Assembly: GCF_009914755.1 (NCBI RefSeq)
Contig: NC_060931.1
DNA from: the human T2T-CHM13v2.0 reference genome, Homo sapiens
Length of the DNA stretch: 64,000 nucleotides
Reading direction: 5' to 3' (one strand)
The translations under genes were made by a program, and so were the position numbers. The number at the start of each line of letters is the position of its first letter. The stretch's first letter is position 1. Below the pieces are notes generated by a model. That model had not been told where the DNA came from. It worked only from the letters and a program-made list of their open reading frames with translations, and ran no database searches. Positions 53,401 through 64,000 of the stretch are shown here, one piece after another.

Positions 53401-54629
53401 CCAATATTTAAAGTTATATGAAGTTATGGGGCATTTTAGCTTTAGCTTGATTCTTACTTTATATGGGAAAAAGTTATAAATGTGTTACCATGATTAGGCT
53501 TTTGTCTCTTCTTGGGCTTTTGTTTCATGGTTATTTTTGGAAAGGCTTGCTCAGCGGTTGGAAGAAGGAAAAGAAATAGTGGTCCTATTCTTTTACATAA
53601 ATGTGATACCAACCCTTAGTTGGTTATGGTTTTCGTGAGCTTGTTTGTATTGTACATTTTGGGGGCCTCATTTTCCAGGTGGAGTATTTTCTAAAATTGA
53701 AGAAAAAAAATGAAGAATCGTGGAATATAGGAAAAGAGTCCAAAGTAGGGAAAACAGACTGAGCAAAAGGGTATCAGAATCATTCAAGACTATTGTGAAC
53801 TTGTGTTATTGCCTACAAAGAAATTTGGATTCATTTCAATAATTATAGTAGCATTTAACCATTCAGAAACTCATTCATGTGACTAAGTAAGAATTCTTAT
53901 TGGTACTGCACTTCGCAAAATAAGTCAGAGAACTTACTTTCCTTGCCTCTATATCATTTCCAGAATTATATTCTTGAAACATTTAGCCTTAATACCAGAA
54001 CACTAATTTAAGGATATACTTTGCACAATGAAGTTGCCACTTTCCAATAAGTTTTCTTGGACAGATAGTATTTGAGAATATTATCCTTGTAATAAAAATT
54101 TTAAGTTCTAATCATTTGGCTCTGTGTGGTGGGAAATTTTCCAGCTGTAGAAGCAATCTCAAAGCTTAGGTTTATTTGCTTCCTCTTTTTTCATTAAAAA
54201 ATATATTAATTGAGATGGCTGTATGTTCTTAATGTTTATGGAATATGTGGATAGTGTAGTGTAGCACTAGTACCTATAGGTAAATTACACTATATTATAG
54301 CGTAAAACTCCAAGAAAATGCGTGTAAAATCTAAATGAATTTTATTCTGTGTGAAAAGCATTCAGACTTCTACTAAATCCTGTTTCTCATCCTCAAATTT
54401 TTTTTTCTATCCCAGATACTTGCATTATATTTTTAAGCAATTTATTTTTGGATGCTATGTGGAGAAATCATTATCCTTTAAAACGACTAACAAAAATTCA
54501 TACATTCAGTTTGCATTGGAGGAGGCGTTAATTTCCTCCTCACTGAATTGTACACAGAAGATGTTTTGGAAATTTTATAAATCCCCCTTTTTGATGAATC
54601 AGTATAGCATACTGGCTAAGGATGCTCAT

Positions 54630-54800
54630 ACTGGAACCAGATTCCATTGACACTTATATTTGCTTGCTATGCAACCTTGGTAAGATTATTTAATCTTTCT
54701 GTGCCTCTAATATAGGAATGTGAGGCACAATAGGATTATTATGACGAATGAGTTAATGCATGTAATGTACTTAGAACAGAACTCTTGGTAAATAATAGCT
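54630..54800 (+). mobile_element. MIR SINE
   Basis: accttggtaagattatttaatctttctgtgcctc..atgagttaatgcatgtaatgtacttagaacag. Confidence 0.65.
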
Positions 54801-55353
54801 ACTATTACTACTATTCATAGTTATCATCATATAAATCTTACTGGAAAGGCCCAAGTACTATTTCATAGGAGGAATATTTCTTTGTATATATAAGCTATTC
54901 TTTTGCCCTTCATACTGCCCCATCAGCAACACTTTAGAAAAAGGATTAATACCATTGACTAGGAATAAAATATACAGTTATTTGAAAATCTTGGTCATTA
55001 TATGCAGTTTTTATTTGCGTGTTCACTGTAAGTCTGGTCTTCTTATGAAAAAAATTTCATTACTAAAAGCACTTTGATGTGGCTACTGTAATTGTATAGT
55101 TTGCATAGGTTTTTAAAGTTTTATAAATTATGTGAGTGCTTTTGCTTCCAAGAGTGACATGGTTCTCTTGTTAGTTTAAGAGCAACACCTCAGGCCCTGC
55201 TTGATCCAAAGAAGAATGTTTGATTTCCTTTACATTCCAAGGGAAACATCTGCTTTGGAGGGTGTGGGGGCAAAGGGACAGTCATTCAGGCTTCAAGGCT
55301 TTCAGACATGAAAGATATCTTGTTCATCATTTCTCCATTGATTTGCTTTGCAG

Positions 55354-55464
55354 CTTGCAGTTCCCCACAATGATGAATGGACCCGATTTGCCAGGACCCT
55401 TGTGGAAATTCGTGCTAACAGAGCTGATAGCGAGGAGGAAGGCACTGTTGAGTTATCTGCCTAG
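55354..55464 (+). CDS. DYNC1I1: DYNC1I1 terminal coding exon (exon 17), [36 protein letters not shown]
   Basis: Acceptor atttgctttgcag|; 36 codons plus TAG at 55462-55464; matches the recognised DYNC1I1 C-terminus. Confidence 0.96.
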   Translation, partial: LAVPHNDEWTRFARTLVEIRANRADSEEEGTVELSA

Positions 55465-55993
55465 TGGAAATGAGCCACCCCCACTGCAGCCCCCACCTTT
55501 GTGTCCTAGAGCTCAGCGTCTGCAGTCAAGTCTCTTGTATTCGGTGTCCATTCAGTATCAGTATTGCTGTGACATTTTGGGTGCCATATTGTGCCAGCTT
55601 TGCTCCAAGTATTCTAAATGTGTCCCATCATGCTTTCCACTGACCCAAAATTCACCACAGCATTTCTATCTTTATATTTCTGTCTCAAAAATGAAGAGAA
55701 GGGGGTTATGGGTTAAGTTGCTGCCTTTTAACTACTTTGTAGCTGTATTTAATAGCTGGAAACCTCTGGTTAAATTTGTGCTTACATGCACTCCTGGCAT
55801 AGTCCTATTAAATCCATATGAAGCCAGATATGATTGGGTGCAGATGTGGTGTTCCTCATATTATGGTACAGGGCCAAAGACTTGAGACGTGGTGTTTTAC
55901 ATGGTGACTCACATTATGAATGGATTTACTAGAAGAACATTGCTGCTCCTTATTTATTGTAGTGTGCTGCATGGAACGTATTTATTTGAAAGC

Positions 55994-56004
55994 ATTAAAA
56001 TAAA
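55994..56004 (+). terminator. Proximal overlapping poly(A) signals ATTAAA/AATAAA
   Basis: attaaaataaa preceded by U-rich upstream elements (tatttattg, tattttatttg). Confidence 0.5.
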
Positions 56005-56276
56005 TGATCCTAGAGCATGTGCATAATGAGAGGACTGTATTCTCTCTGCTGCTGTTGAGGTTATATTAAGTTCCACATAGCAATTACAGTATGCCAGTTC
56101 CACTGAAGACATGAAATCTTTAGAGGTTTCTTGCAGTGAACGAAATGAATTTTAATGCCTATTATTTCTGGGTACTTTAACAATATTTCAAATATCATTG
56201 ACCACTAATACTTCTCACTGAAGCTAACACAGTCTGACAAAAGTCTATGGTTCCTAAATATGACATCAGTGTTGCC

Positions 56277-56282
56277 AATAAA
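56277..56282 (+). terminator. Poly(A) signal AATAAA, probable major site
   Basis: Canonical hexamer followed by CA dinucleotides and a GT/T-containing downstream tract. Confidence 0.7.
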
Positions 56283-57153
56283 ATGTTTCAAACCAGGTCT
56301 GCACCAGTGTGAGTAAATCCTTTGCTTGGGGAAAGCTTGACTGGAATTCTGCTGGGACAAGAGATGGGAGAGATACATTAGAGCCATGTTAAAGACTGAT
56401 CATGAATTTATTTGAGCAGCCAACCTGGCTGGACTTAAACCAAGACTCCTAGTTTTATTTTTATGAGGGAATGTGTGTGGTTTTTTTGGAAAGCTCCTCC
56501 TTCTCACCTTTACCAAAGCCACCCTCGCCCAAAGACAGTTGTTGGAGTAAGAAAGGTAGGTTAAGACGAACAAATACCAAATGTCCTACACATTTCTTCT
56601 TAAAAACAATTTACACCAGAAATGATGTTTATTACTATTGGACTAGGAAATATGTCTATAAACAACTTCAATAAACTTTTTTTCAAAAGGTCATTTTATG
56701 CCCAGGGAAAATGAAAACAAATAGCGGTTGAGTCATGAAAAACATTCGAAGACAGGCTTTCGGCTTTTTAGGAAGGGAATTCCCATTGGGACTTTGTTGG
56801 TAGGGATTCCTTCAACTGTACGGTTTCTTTTATTTTTAAAATAGTATCATACTTTTTCTCCAAGTAGCCTACAATATTTAGATATTGAAATCCTTTGTAA
56901 ACAATAAAAATTTTATAGATAACAAATGAGTATCTGGAATAGGTTTAAAAGCATTTGAATGAAAAGTACTGGGAAAAAAAGTTTCACAGACATACAGTAA
57001 AGTACCTAAGAATAAAAATGCAAAACGCGTGCATTATTATGATAGACCAAATTGAATGATTCGGTGAGTGATGATGTGAAAAGTACAAAGGCCTGAGTCA
57101 CTTACAGTAGGCACATAAAATGTTACAAGAACATGTGTTCTTATATATCCCAC

Positions 57154-57996
57154 TGTGGTAGCTGGTCTCCAAGGCAGTTCCCAATTCTTGTGCAGGCCAT
57201 CCCCTGTTGAATCCAGGCTGACGTTATGTGACTGACACAATACTGGGAAGTGATGCTACATGGTTTCCATTATGTCTTAGTTAATTCAGACTGCTACGTG
57301 GTTTCCAGGATGTCTTAGTTAATTCAGACTGCTATAACAGAATACTGTGGTATTCAGACTGAGTGGCTTAAGCAACAGAACTGTATTTCTCACAGTTCTG
57401 AAAGCTGGGAAATCCAAGGTCAAGATGCTGGCAGATCTGATATCTGGTGAGGGCCATCTGCTTAGGTTGCAGATGGCTATCTTCTCATTGAATCCTCACA
57501 TGGTGAGGAGAGAGAGAGATGATCTCTTTCATGTCATTACTTATAAGGGCACTAATCACATTTATATGGGCTCCACCCTCATGACCCAGTTATCTCCCAA
57601 AGGCCCACCTCCAAAAATCATCACATTGAAGATTTAGGCTTCAACATATGAATTTGGGAATGAACATAAACATTCAGTCCACAGCCCAGGGCAAGGTTAT
57701 AAGAAGACATATATCCTCCACCTAGGTTTCTTGGCACAATCAATCTTGGTCCCTGAGCTACTATGTAAGAAGCACAACTACCCTGAGACTTCCAGGCCAC
57801 ACAGAAGCTGACCATGGAGTGGTCATGTAGACATAAGAGAAATACACAGCCAGTCCACAGCCATTTAAGTCACCCCAGCTGATGTCCCAGATGAAATGTG
57901 GTAGCCAGAAAGATGTGCCTTTCAGATTTCCTATTGCAGAGAACATGGTTGAATGACAGTTATGATGCCTTGCTTTGAAACCCATTACCAAGTTTG
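57154..57996 (+). mobile_element. MLT1-type MaLR LTR split by a younger MST-like LTR
   Basis: tgtggtag start, gaagtgatgctacatggtttcca | insertion | aggttataagaagac.. Confidence 0.6.
57311..57685 (-). mobile_element. MST/MLT1A-like solo LTR nested in MLT1
   Basis: tgtcttagtt..ctcacagttctgaaagctgggaaatccaaggtcaagatgctggcaga..cattcagtccacagc; ccagg on both flanks. Confidence 0.85.
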
Positions 57997-57999
57997 ACC

Positions 58000-58337
58000 A
58001 AGGTCATGCTTCCTGCATGCTCTTGCCAGCCAAGACTAAGTATGGCAAAGATCCTAAGGCTGGCCTGTATCTAGGAGACATAAGACTTCTTTGAAGTAAC
58101 TTTGGCTCCAGGACTTTATGTCAGCATTGCTAAAACTTTCTCAGAACTGTACTTCAGTCCAAGACTAGCTGACTTTCTTCTCTTCCTCCCTTCCTCCCTC
58201 CCTCCCTCTCTCCCTTCCTTCCTTCCTTTCCTTCCTTCCTTCCTTCCTTCTTTCCTTCCTTCTTTCCTTCTTCTCCTCCCTTTCCCTCTCTCCTTCTTGA
58301 GGCCTGACAAACATCACTGTCTGATGGCTGTCCTGCC
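58000..58337 (+). mobile_element. ERVL LTR fragment (LTR16/LTR33-like) containing a (CCTT)n tract at 58174-58295
   Basis: actttggctccaggact..aaactttctcagaactg resembles this LTR class; directly precedes ERVL internal sequence. Confidence 0.55.
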
Positions 58338-58518
58338 TAAGCTGGCTAGGGATGTCCTAGGCCTTATAAAAGAACAAAGAAACTACCTCAAAAGAATTGC
58401 AAAAATTAGCATGTACCATTAGGAGCCTGGGGAGTAGCACTGGGATTAGATTTTGAGGTGTTTAATCAAGGGAGCCAGAATGTTGATTAGATAAGGAATA
58501 ATTCATTGACTTTGAGGG

Positions 58519-58574
<56 letters not shown>

Positions 58575-61270
58575 TAAGGAAGAGGGAAGCTATATGACTT
58601 TATACTCTGGCAAGGAGCCTAAAGAATAGGGTCACTCTTCGAAGTCTGAAAAAGCTGTAGCCTACATTCACTAGAGTGAAAATGTCTGAGTTGCCCTGGT
58701 AGTACAGGAAGGAATAAAGAGGTTGAAGGAAATGGGTATGTTAGAATAGATATATTATTTAAGTTCAGAAGACACACTCAAGGGTTATGTTACATAGGAA
58801 CACCCAGAGTACACACCCTTCAAAGCCATTTGCAATGAGCTGGTGAGAGAGGCATTAGCATCTCTAGAATGTTTAGCAGTAGCTTTCCTTTGTAGGTCAG
58901 GGCTGATGGTAGGAGAGGCAGTCACAGAGTGGGGCTTGCTCACATCCATGGGGATGATGAGACCCCAGAGTAATAGTGGCTAGGTGGTGGCAGTTAACCA
59001 CCAGAAGTCAGGAAGCCACAACTGCCATAATGACCAGCTAGATCAGAGAGCAGCCAAGAAGGCTTTACCCATAGGAAGTTGTGGGAGTAATTAAAAGAAC
59101 GTGGCATTCCTAGTGGCAAAATAGACAGGCAGCCAAAAGGGTGTTGCTTAACTTCTATGACCAAAAACATAGAGCAAGAATGGAGACGCAGGAGACTGAA
59201 GACTGTTACCTCAATAAAAAGCCACATACCTCTGCTCACTGTCCAGTCCTGAGCCAGTTTTCCAATCCAGAAACCATTGACTGAAGATTGCTAGGAGGTT
59301 GCTAGGAGGGAGGACACCAGGAGGGAGGACACCACTGCAAACATCTATTGTGATGATCTCCCCAGTCCTTCCCCAAAAGGACCTATGGGCATTTATTCAG
59401 GTGAATATACAATGCAGAAAGAAACAAACCAACATTTGAAGACTATTGGGTACATTATCTGGGTTCACACTGAAATGTTATTGGAGTGGTGGCTTACGGC
59501 AACAAGGTAATGTAATGGAGTGTTTACTAAAGTCTAGGTCTCAATGGGCTCATTAGGTCTATGTACACACACAGTGGGTCATTCCGTCATTCCTCCAATC
59601 CTTGAGTGTTCAATTAGAATTGATATACTTACATCAGGTACCTGGCCTCTGGGATAAGAACTCTCACAGAAGGGAGGGCCAAATGGAGACCTCTGAAATT
59701 GCCACATTCTCATCTTCCCCTGCCAAGATAGCAAATATAAAATATTACATCTCAGGGTAGAGCTAGGAGGATGGCAGAGATTGGTGCCACTCTTAAAGGC
59801 CTAAAAGATATAGAGTGGTGTTCCCTATAATATATCTATTTAATAACCCAGTATGCCCCCTTTATAAATTAAATGGATCTTGGAGAATAACTGATGAGTA
59901 CTGCAAGCTCAACCAAGTAAGATCACTGATCACAGCTGCCATACTAGATGTGGTGTCATCCCTAGAACAGATTAATAAGGCTTCTGGTACATGGTATGTG
60001 GCCATTGATGGATGAATGCATTCTTTTTCATTCCACCTATAAAACAAGATCAGAAACAGTTTACACTCATGAGAAATAATTATTTTAATTTACAATTTTG
60101 CCTTGGGGCTATGCTAATCTCTCTCCCTCTGTAATACTCCAAAGATGCCTAGACAGCTTGAGCATCCACAGAATGTTACACTGATCCATTACATCAATGG
60201 TATCACACAGACTATGCAGAATAAGCAAGAATTAACTAATGTACCAGATGCCTTGGTAAGATATATGCACTCCAGAGGGTGGGAAATAAAATCAAGGAAG
60301 ATTTAAGGACCTGCTACTTCAGTGGAGCTTTTTAGAATCTCCCCAATGTTTAAGAGCATGCTGGGCTCTTAAATACAAGCTGCTGAAGCTTAGAGCCCCC
60401 ACCACAAAGAAGGAAGCACAGCACCTGGTAAGCCTCTTTGGTTTTTGAAGTTAACATATTCCATATCTAAGAATACTGCTCTGGTGCATCTACTAATTGG
60501 CATGCACAACTTTGGGTGAGGCTCAGAATGGGAAAAGACTTTGCAGCAGGTCAAACTGTAGTGCTAAGAGCTCTGCTGTATGGGCCATAAAATCAGCAGA
60601 TGCTATGATATTAATGGTGTCAATGGTGGGAAAAGATGTGGTATAGAATTTTTGGCAAGTCCCAGTTGGAAAATTATAGTAGTGGCCCATGGGATTCTAC
60701 AGGAAGGCCGTGCCATCTGAAGCAAAAACAGCACATGGCATATTAGCGGATCCTGGTAGAAATGAAGTTCTTTGCCATAGGATATAAACTTAACTACACA
60801 TCCATACAACCAATTATAAGTTGAGCCCTGTCAGCCCTACCAACTCATAAAGTTGAATAGAACTAAAAGAAACCCCTTATAAGATAGAAACTGTGCATTG
60901 GGATGTACAGAACCAGAAGGCTCTGAACATAAGTAAGCTGCATGAGCAAGTAGCTCAAAAGCCCATTGTCACCCAACAGGATTTTACCAGCACACCTCCT
61001 CCATGCTTGCATACGTGGCCATGTGTAGGGAAGGTGAGTTCTGTGTGAGCCGCTGAAAGAAGAGGAAAACGTTAGAGTTTGGTTTACATATGGGTTAGTT
61101 CAGTTTGTGGGTACAGGTTGTCAATGGATTACAGCTAGCTACTTTATACCACATTCAGGATGAACCTTGAAAGACAGTCAAGAGGGAAAGGCTTTTTAAT
61201 GGACAGAGCTGTTAGTTGAGCACCCAGTTATCTCCTTTGTGTGAAAGAAGAGATGGCCAGAAGTAAGTTT
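58338..61270 (+). mobile_element. Degenerate ERVL internal region (gag-pro-pol, HERV16/ERV3-16A3-like)
   Basis: RT peptides WRITDEYCKLNQV..LEQINKASGTWYVAID (59815-60015) and LIHYINGI (60181-60204, decayed YIDD); many stops and frameshifts. Confidence 0.85.
58522..58572. repeat. (TG)n microsatellite inside the ERVL
   Basis: Direct reading. Confidence 0.95.
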
Positions 61271-61505
61271 ATATCCATATTAGCAATCTAACCCAAGCCA
61301 TCATCATCTCTGTCATGATTCTGGCAGCAGCCTCCTAACTGGTCTCCCTGTGTCCACCTTTGACCCCTTCAGTCACTTCTCAATATAACCACCTGAGTGA
61401 TATTGTTAGAACATTTAACTCCTCCATTCAAAGCATACCAATGGCTTTCACATCACTTGCAATAAAAGTCAAAATCCTTATAGTGGCCCACAGGCTCTAT
61501 ATGGA

Positions 61506-61802
61506 TTTTTTTTTTTTTTTTGAGACGGAGTCTCGCTCTGTCGCCCAAGCTGGAGTGCGGTAACATGATCTCGGCTCACCGCAACCTCTGCCTCCCAGGT
61601 TCAAGCAATTCTCCTGCCTCAGCCTCCTGAGTAGCTGGGATTACAGGCATATACCACCATGCCTGGCTAATTATTTGTATTTTTAGTAGAGACGGGGTTT
61701 TACCGTGTTAGCAAGGATGGTCTGGATCTCCTGACCTCGTGATCCACCCGCCTCAGCCTCCCAAAGTGCTGGGATTACAGGCGTGAGCCACCGCACCAGG
61801 CC
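61506..61802 (-). mobile_element. AluS (Sc-like), TSD ctctat(a/g)tggatttt
   Basis: Reverse Alu with flanking direct repeat. Confidence 0.95.
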
Positions 61803-61819
61803 TCTATGTGGATTTTAAT

Positions 61820-64000
61820 GACTCCACAACTTCTCTGATATTTGGTATTGTAGGTCTTCTTATTTTAGCTATTTTGGTGAGCATGAAATGGTATCTAGCT
61901 GTGGTTTTAGTTTGCATATACTCGCTGACTAATGATTTTGAGCATGTTTCGTGTGATTATTGGCCACATTTAATATATTATTTCTTCTTTCTGTAAAATA
62001 TCCCTTCTAGTATCTTGGCCACATCTTGGCCACTTTAAAATTATTTCTATTTATTGTTAATCAGATAATATTTAAAAAATTTAATTTAGAAGAGTTTTCT
62101 TTATATATTCTGCTTTTAAAAATTATTAATTTAGAGGAGTTCTTTATGTATTCTGGATATAATTCCTTTGCCAGATATGTTTGTTACAAACATTTTTCCC
62201 AGCATATGCTTTAGAACTTCATTTCCTTAATATAATATTTTGATATGCAAAAATTTTAAATTTTGCTGAGGTCTTTTGTATCCATTTTTATGTTTTATAC
62301 TTAGTATTGTATCATACTTTCTAGTAAATCTTTGCCACAGGTCACAAAGATATTGTCTTATGTTTTCTTTTGGACATTTTATTGTTTTAGCTTTTACCTT
62401 TAGGTCGATGATGGTTCTTAAATTAATTTTTGTGTATGGAATGAGGTAGTGGTAAACATTATTTTTTAAACATATGGATAACCAGCTGTTTTGGCAATAT
62501 TTTCTGAAGAGATTATTTTCTTTTTGTTCATTAAATTAAATTAGCATTCTTGGTAGAAAAACAATTGTCCATATATGTATAGGCATATTTATGGGTCCTC
62601 TATTCTGTTTCACTAATTAATTTATCTATTCTTATATGATATCACACTGTCTTGGTTGCAATAGCTGTGTATTAATTCTTGAAATCAAGTGGCGTAAGTA
62701 CTCCAACTTTGTTACTCATTTTGAAAGATTATTTTAACTATTCTAGGTCTTTTGTGTTTGCACATGAATTTTAGAATGATTGTGGAATTCTTTTAAAAAA
62801 ACATACTGCTTGGATTTTGATTGGAATTTCACTGGATCTGTATATTTGGGGCAATGCCATCCAAGAATAGAATATAACTTGTATTTATTGGGTCTTCTTT
62901 AATAGAGTTCACCAATAGGTTGTGCAAACATTTTTTTTTCAATTTATTCCTAGATAACAACTAATTTTTTTATGCTATTGTAAATACTATTGTTATTATT
63001 TTTCAATTTTTTAACAAAATTTTTTACTAGTTTGTAGAAATTTAGTTTTGTATATTGATGTTATATTTTGCAACCTTGCTAAATATACTCATTATTTATA
63101 GATTTTTTTAGATATAATTGCTTACTACATACACAATTATGCCATCTGAAAATAATGAAAAGTTTAATTCTTCTTTTCCAATCTTATCTTTTTTCCTCCT
63201 GTTTCTTTTCTTTTTTCTTTTTTTTTGCCTTACAGTATTAGCTAGGAAAGTCTTTATCATGAGTAGATGCTGAGTTTTATCATATGCTTCTTTTCTGCAT
63301 CTGTTGACACGGTCACATAATTTTTATCCTTTATTCTGGTAATGTGAATTATGCTGGTTGACATTTTTTAATGGTAATCCAACTTTGAAATAAAATCATT
63401 TGGTCAACATGTATTAGTCTTTTAACATATCACTAGACTTTATTTGCTAGTAATTTCTTAAGGGTTTTCCCATAATCGTTCCTTGTGAATACTGATCTAT
63501 AATTTTCTATTGTAATGTCTTTGTCAGGTTTTAGTAACATGATTATGCTCACATGAGGAGTTGGGAAGTGTTCTGACCTCCTCTATTTTGTGAAGGCATT
63601 TATATTGGTATTACTTCTTTCTTAAATGTTTGATAGAATTTACTACTGAAGCCATCTGGCCCTGGAGTTTTATTTGTAGAAACGTTTTTGGTAACAAGTG
63701 CATTTATTTAATAGAAATAGGAGATTCTGATTTTCTATTTCATTTTGGTTCCATTTTGGTAAGTTGTTTTCAACAAGTTGCATTTTTCAAGAAATGCATC
63801 CATTTCATTTGTCAGATGTATCCATATAAAGTTGTTCATACTATTCTCTTATTACCCTTTAATGTACATAGAATCATAATGACATCTCTTTTTAAGTTCC
63901 TGATGTTGCTAAATTATGTTTTCTTTAAAAATAAAAGGTCTTGCTAGGAGAGTTATTTTATTAATTTGTTCAAAGAACCAGCTTTTTAAATTGTCAATTT
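61820..64000 (-). mobile_element. Old L1M ORF2 region, degraded, runs off the window
   Basis: ggtatctagctgtggttttagtttgcat, tgaagccatctggccctggag and T-rich strand bias typical of antisense L1. Confidence 0.8.

Larger units (their letters stand above)
55465..56300 (+). other. DYNC1I1: DYNC1I1 3' UTR (end approximate)
   Basis: Follows the stop codon; repeat-free; ends about 20 nt after AATAAA at 56277. Confidence 0.8.

Noticed and set aside
58522-58580. (TG)n followed by donor-like g|gtaagg
   Set aside because: Lies beyond the main poly(A) site inside an ERV, with no paired acceptor evident
59288-59333. Two small tandem duplications (ttgctaggagg x2, ggagggaggacacca x2)
   Set aside because: Neutral slippage in a dead ERV; no repeat-spacer structure
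59815-60015. Reverse transcriptase-like ORF as a possible domesticated or novel RT system
   Set aside because: Only 66 aa, surrounded by stops and frameshifts, catalytic motif decayed; ordinary dead ERVL pol

Overview
Primate (most likely human) genomic DNA containing the 3' end of DYNC1I1 (cytoplasmic dynein 1 intermediate chain 1) on the + strand. It holds the last three coding exons (33924-34064, 38226-38351, 55354-55464; conventionally exons 15-17, all phase 0, GT-AG introns), the 3' UTR with tandem poly(A) signals (to about 56300) and about 8 kb of LTR/L1-rich downstream DNA. The rest is intron with ten Alus, old L1/L2/MIR, MaLR and ERVL LTR elements, DNA transposons, microsatellites and a 5'-truncated CMSS1 processed pseudogene. 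From prior knowledge, not provable from this window, exons 15 and 17 also act as long-range limb enhancers of DLX5/6 (SHFM1 locus). I found no new gene system that I can support. The strongest sequence-level observations are: (1) a ~525 bp inverted duplication of an L1 3' end plus unique flank; (2) a tandem acceptor at the last exon that would open a stop-free 174-aa alternative C-terminus; (3) a CFTR-like (TG)n-pyrimidine-AG cryptic acceptor, a candidate TDP-43-repressed exon; (4) a CTCF motif, CpG island and G4 at the enhancer exon; (5) a perfect 20-bp hairpin; (6) recursive-splice-like AG|GT sites; (7) an Alu arrangement compatible with a 267-nt stop-free circRNA. Repeat subfamily names are recognised by eye and boundaries of old repeats are approximate.
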